DNA of 64,000 nucleotides from Hemiscyllium ocellatum (lineage: Eukaryota): NCBI RefSeq assembly GCF_020745735.1, contig NC_083435.1, forward strand, positions 37,783,090 to 37,847,089, written 5' to 3'. Both the position numbers and the translations under genes were made by a program. This document shows, one piece after another, positions 61,396 through 64,000 of the stretch; within the stretch, counting starts at the first letter, position 1; each line of letters begins with the position of its first letter. The notes under the pieces were generated by a model. That model had not been told where the DNA came from, made no database searches, and was given only the letters and a program-made list of their open reading frames with translations.

Positions 61396-63614
61396 CCTGG
61401 TCTTCAGCTCAGCCATGCTACCCATTATATTGGACTGTCTGCCCCTTTGAAGCCAAGATGGTGTTCACTGACAACGTTACAAGCCCTTGTTGTCTGACTG
61501 ACTGTCATCTCCTACTTTCATATGTTGCGTTTCCTCCATTCATAATTATTGTCCAGACAGCAGCCCAGCGTGTTGTCTCCAACCTCAGAATTGACTTGCC
61601 CAATTTCTCTATCACAGCAGTGGTTCTGTTCGGCCGGCCTTGACTTTAAGTGCGCAGATCCCCCTCAGGATTAAGTGTGACCCACGTTCTGACCAACTTA
61701 GAACAGCGACTCTAACTAATGAGTGATATAGCAACCCCTGACCAATGAGCAGCTTGAATCCTTACTGATGCCTGTACTGTTCTTCTCTTGACTTACTTCA
61801 ACTCCCCAGGCTGGATGGAACTGCAGGACGGGTCAAATCCAGGCTAACTGGGACTAGTTCAGTTTAGGAAACTTGGACAGCATGAACAATTTGGGTCGAA
61901 GGGCCTGTTTCTGCGCTGTATGACTCTGTGACTGGCCATGGCCCACTCCCTGGACTGCAATAACACTGAACCTGGAGTGAGATCAGATGCAGCCTTTGAC
62001 TGATTGTACACCATATCCCACAAGGCAGTCTGGCAGCAGCATCACACTGTGAAATGTCAGGCACTCCAAGGAGAAGCCTCCAATACTCCAATTCCAGACC
62101 TCAAAATGTGCCTGGATGATGTGGTAAGTCTGGTACAGGTCTGATGTCATCCTCCATGGGTAAGGTTCACAGCTGCTGGAGCACACCCTGAGATGATGGG
62201 GACTGCTGAGGAGATGTAGCAAGTGGTAAACTAGAGCCCGCAGGCTCCTGCTCACATTCTAACGTCAGGAATTCTCACTGTCGAGTTTCTCTCAGCCACA
62301 TGGGAGGATATAGAAACTGCATCTAAATAAGGCGGTAATGAAATGTGAATATATGCAAATATACCTTTTGCCACACACTAATGAAAATCTCAACTTGCCA
62401 ATGAAACCTTGAACGTATATTTTTGTTAACATCAACAATCTCATTTTATTTTTAAATTTGGAGGTCTTTTCCCAACTACCTCACCATGACCCAACTCATC
62501 AGGAGCTGGGAGCATTCAGTCAGTATTTCTGTTGGTGTTCCTTGATCTAAATATAACGGCATCATTCCTGGACTGATGTCTGCTGCTGTCTCAAACACTG
62601 CATCTTCACCTATCGATGTTGTACAATCCACATGATCAGAGATGTTACGACACACTTTAGGGGCAGGACTTGAACCTGTGAGATACTGTCAACTTTCATA
62701 ACATTTCATGGATTGAAAGAACCAGCAATAACCTTTTCTGGAATAAACTGTTTCTTGAGATAAAGGGACAAGGGATTAAGAGCAATAAGCCAATTATAAC
62801 AACGTGACGATACACCCTGCCTGGAGTGTGTCACAAAAAATCAAATATCAGAATGATCCTAACACAGCCAGCTCTGTGACCACTGCAGAGGCATCAGAGA
62901 ACATTGCAATGACCAGTGAGGATCCAGTCTCTAAACTGCAGGAAAGTATCTTGGACCAATGCGACTCCTATCACTAAACTACTTTAAATATAACGCTAAT
63001 TGTTGATAATTCAGTCTCGAATATGACATTCCCTTTGAATCAAATTGATAAATAATACTAAATGGAAAGTAAACATAATATACCAGTCAGGATCTAATCA
63101 GTAAACTATTAGGAACACAACATTTATAGATGGATTCAGTCATTACCCATTCTAATTATTCTAGTTGAAGATCTAGTAATTGAACCACAGTAAGTATCAG
63201 CATGTCAAAGGTAGATGATCTGTTTGTTATTAAATTGCCATTGTAAGAGTTTGCCCATTGCAAATCAGCTCCTTCATGACAACAATGGCCCTACTTGGGA
63301 AAATGACTTTATTGTGAAAAACACGACATAAATACAAGTCTAATACTTCAAACATAATGGTCACACATGATGCTCTAATCATTAAATCACTGTAAATACA
63401 ATACACCAGTGAGAACCCAATCATTAACCAGTGTAAATATAAAGCACACTGGTGAGGACATTATGAATTAACTATAGTAATTGGAAGCAATAATAAGCAC
63501 CAAGGCACTAAACCACTGCCAATATAAACCTGAATTGCAAGGATCCAGTTGCTGAACTATAACAAATATAACATGGACATTTGAAATCCTGTTCCAAACT
63601 ACAGTAAATATATC

Positions 63615-64000
63615 TCACTGTCAACGGGGGTGGTACCAGGGGACTGGAGAGTAGCGAATGTTGTGCCCCTATTCAAAAAAGGGAATAGGGATAACCCCGG
63701 GAATTACAGGCCAGTTAGTCTTACTTCTGTGGTAGGCAAAGTAATGGAAAGGGTACTGAGGGATAGGATTTATAAGTATCTGGAAAGACACTGCTTGATT
63801 AGGGACAGCCAGCATGGATTTGTGAAGGGTAGGTCTTGCCTTACAAGTCTTATTGAATTCTTTGAGGAGGTGACCAAGCATGTGGATGAGGGTAGAGCAG
63901 TGGATGTAGTGTACATGGATTTCAGTAAGGCATTTGATAAGGTTCCCCATGGTAGGCTTATGCGGAAAGTCAGGAGGCATGGGATAGAGGGAAATTTGGC
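63615..64000 (+). mobile_element. Young 5'-truncated CR1 LINE (RT region), continues beyond the window
   Basis: Nearly identical to 9576-9960. Confidence 0.92.

Noticed and set aside
62690-62990. TIR box-3-like FWNKL and a nearby 60-codon ORF
   Set aside because: Short frames bounded by stops, no usable acceptor and no other TIR motifs.
48000-64000. A third class I paralog
   Set aside because: No leader, alpha1, alpha2, alpha3 or TM exon was recognised on either strand.

Overview
Vertebrate genomic DNA, inferred to be from a shark (elasmobranch-type tRNA-derived SINEs sharing 3' tails with CR1 LINEs, plus a shark-like MHC class I gene). Most of the window is repeats: CR1 LINEs (two near full-length, degenerate), SINEs, Penelope-like element (PLE) remnants and foldbacks, one decayed Gypsy LTR element, two solo LTRs, a Tc1/mariner-type MITE and several minisatellites. 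The host-gene content is one + strand MHC class I heavy-chain gene. Its exons assemble with GT-AG, all-phase-1 junctions into an uninterrupted frame: leader 14428-14500, alpha1 18760-19020, alpha2 21813-22088, alpha3 22205-22483 and TM 23961-24068. The gene is strongly non-classical. It has no cysteine in alpha1 or alpha2 (C101->V, C164->L), keeps only 3 of 9 peptide-anchor residues, and has a basic A-pocket region. Its cytoplasmic end is unresolved. A tail-like exon near 35.6 kb is duplicated near 1.8 kb (offset about 33.8 kb), which implies a tandem paralog upstream of the window. That exon has competing acceptors that switch reading frame, a paralog-specific AG->CG loss, and a hidden in-frame extension beyond the stop. 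Several PLE-derived foldback repeats carry minimal hammerhead-ribozyme cores. No database searches or structure predictions were run; lineage and family names come from motif recognition only. Repeat boundaries are approximate, while exon boundaries were counted base by base.
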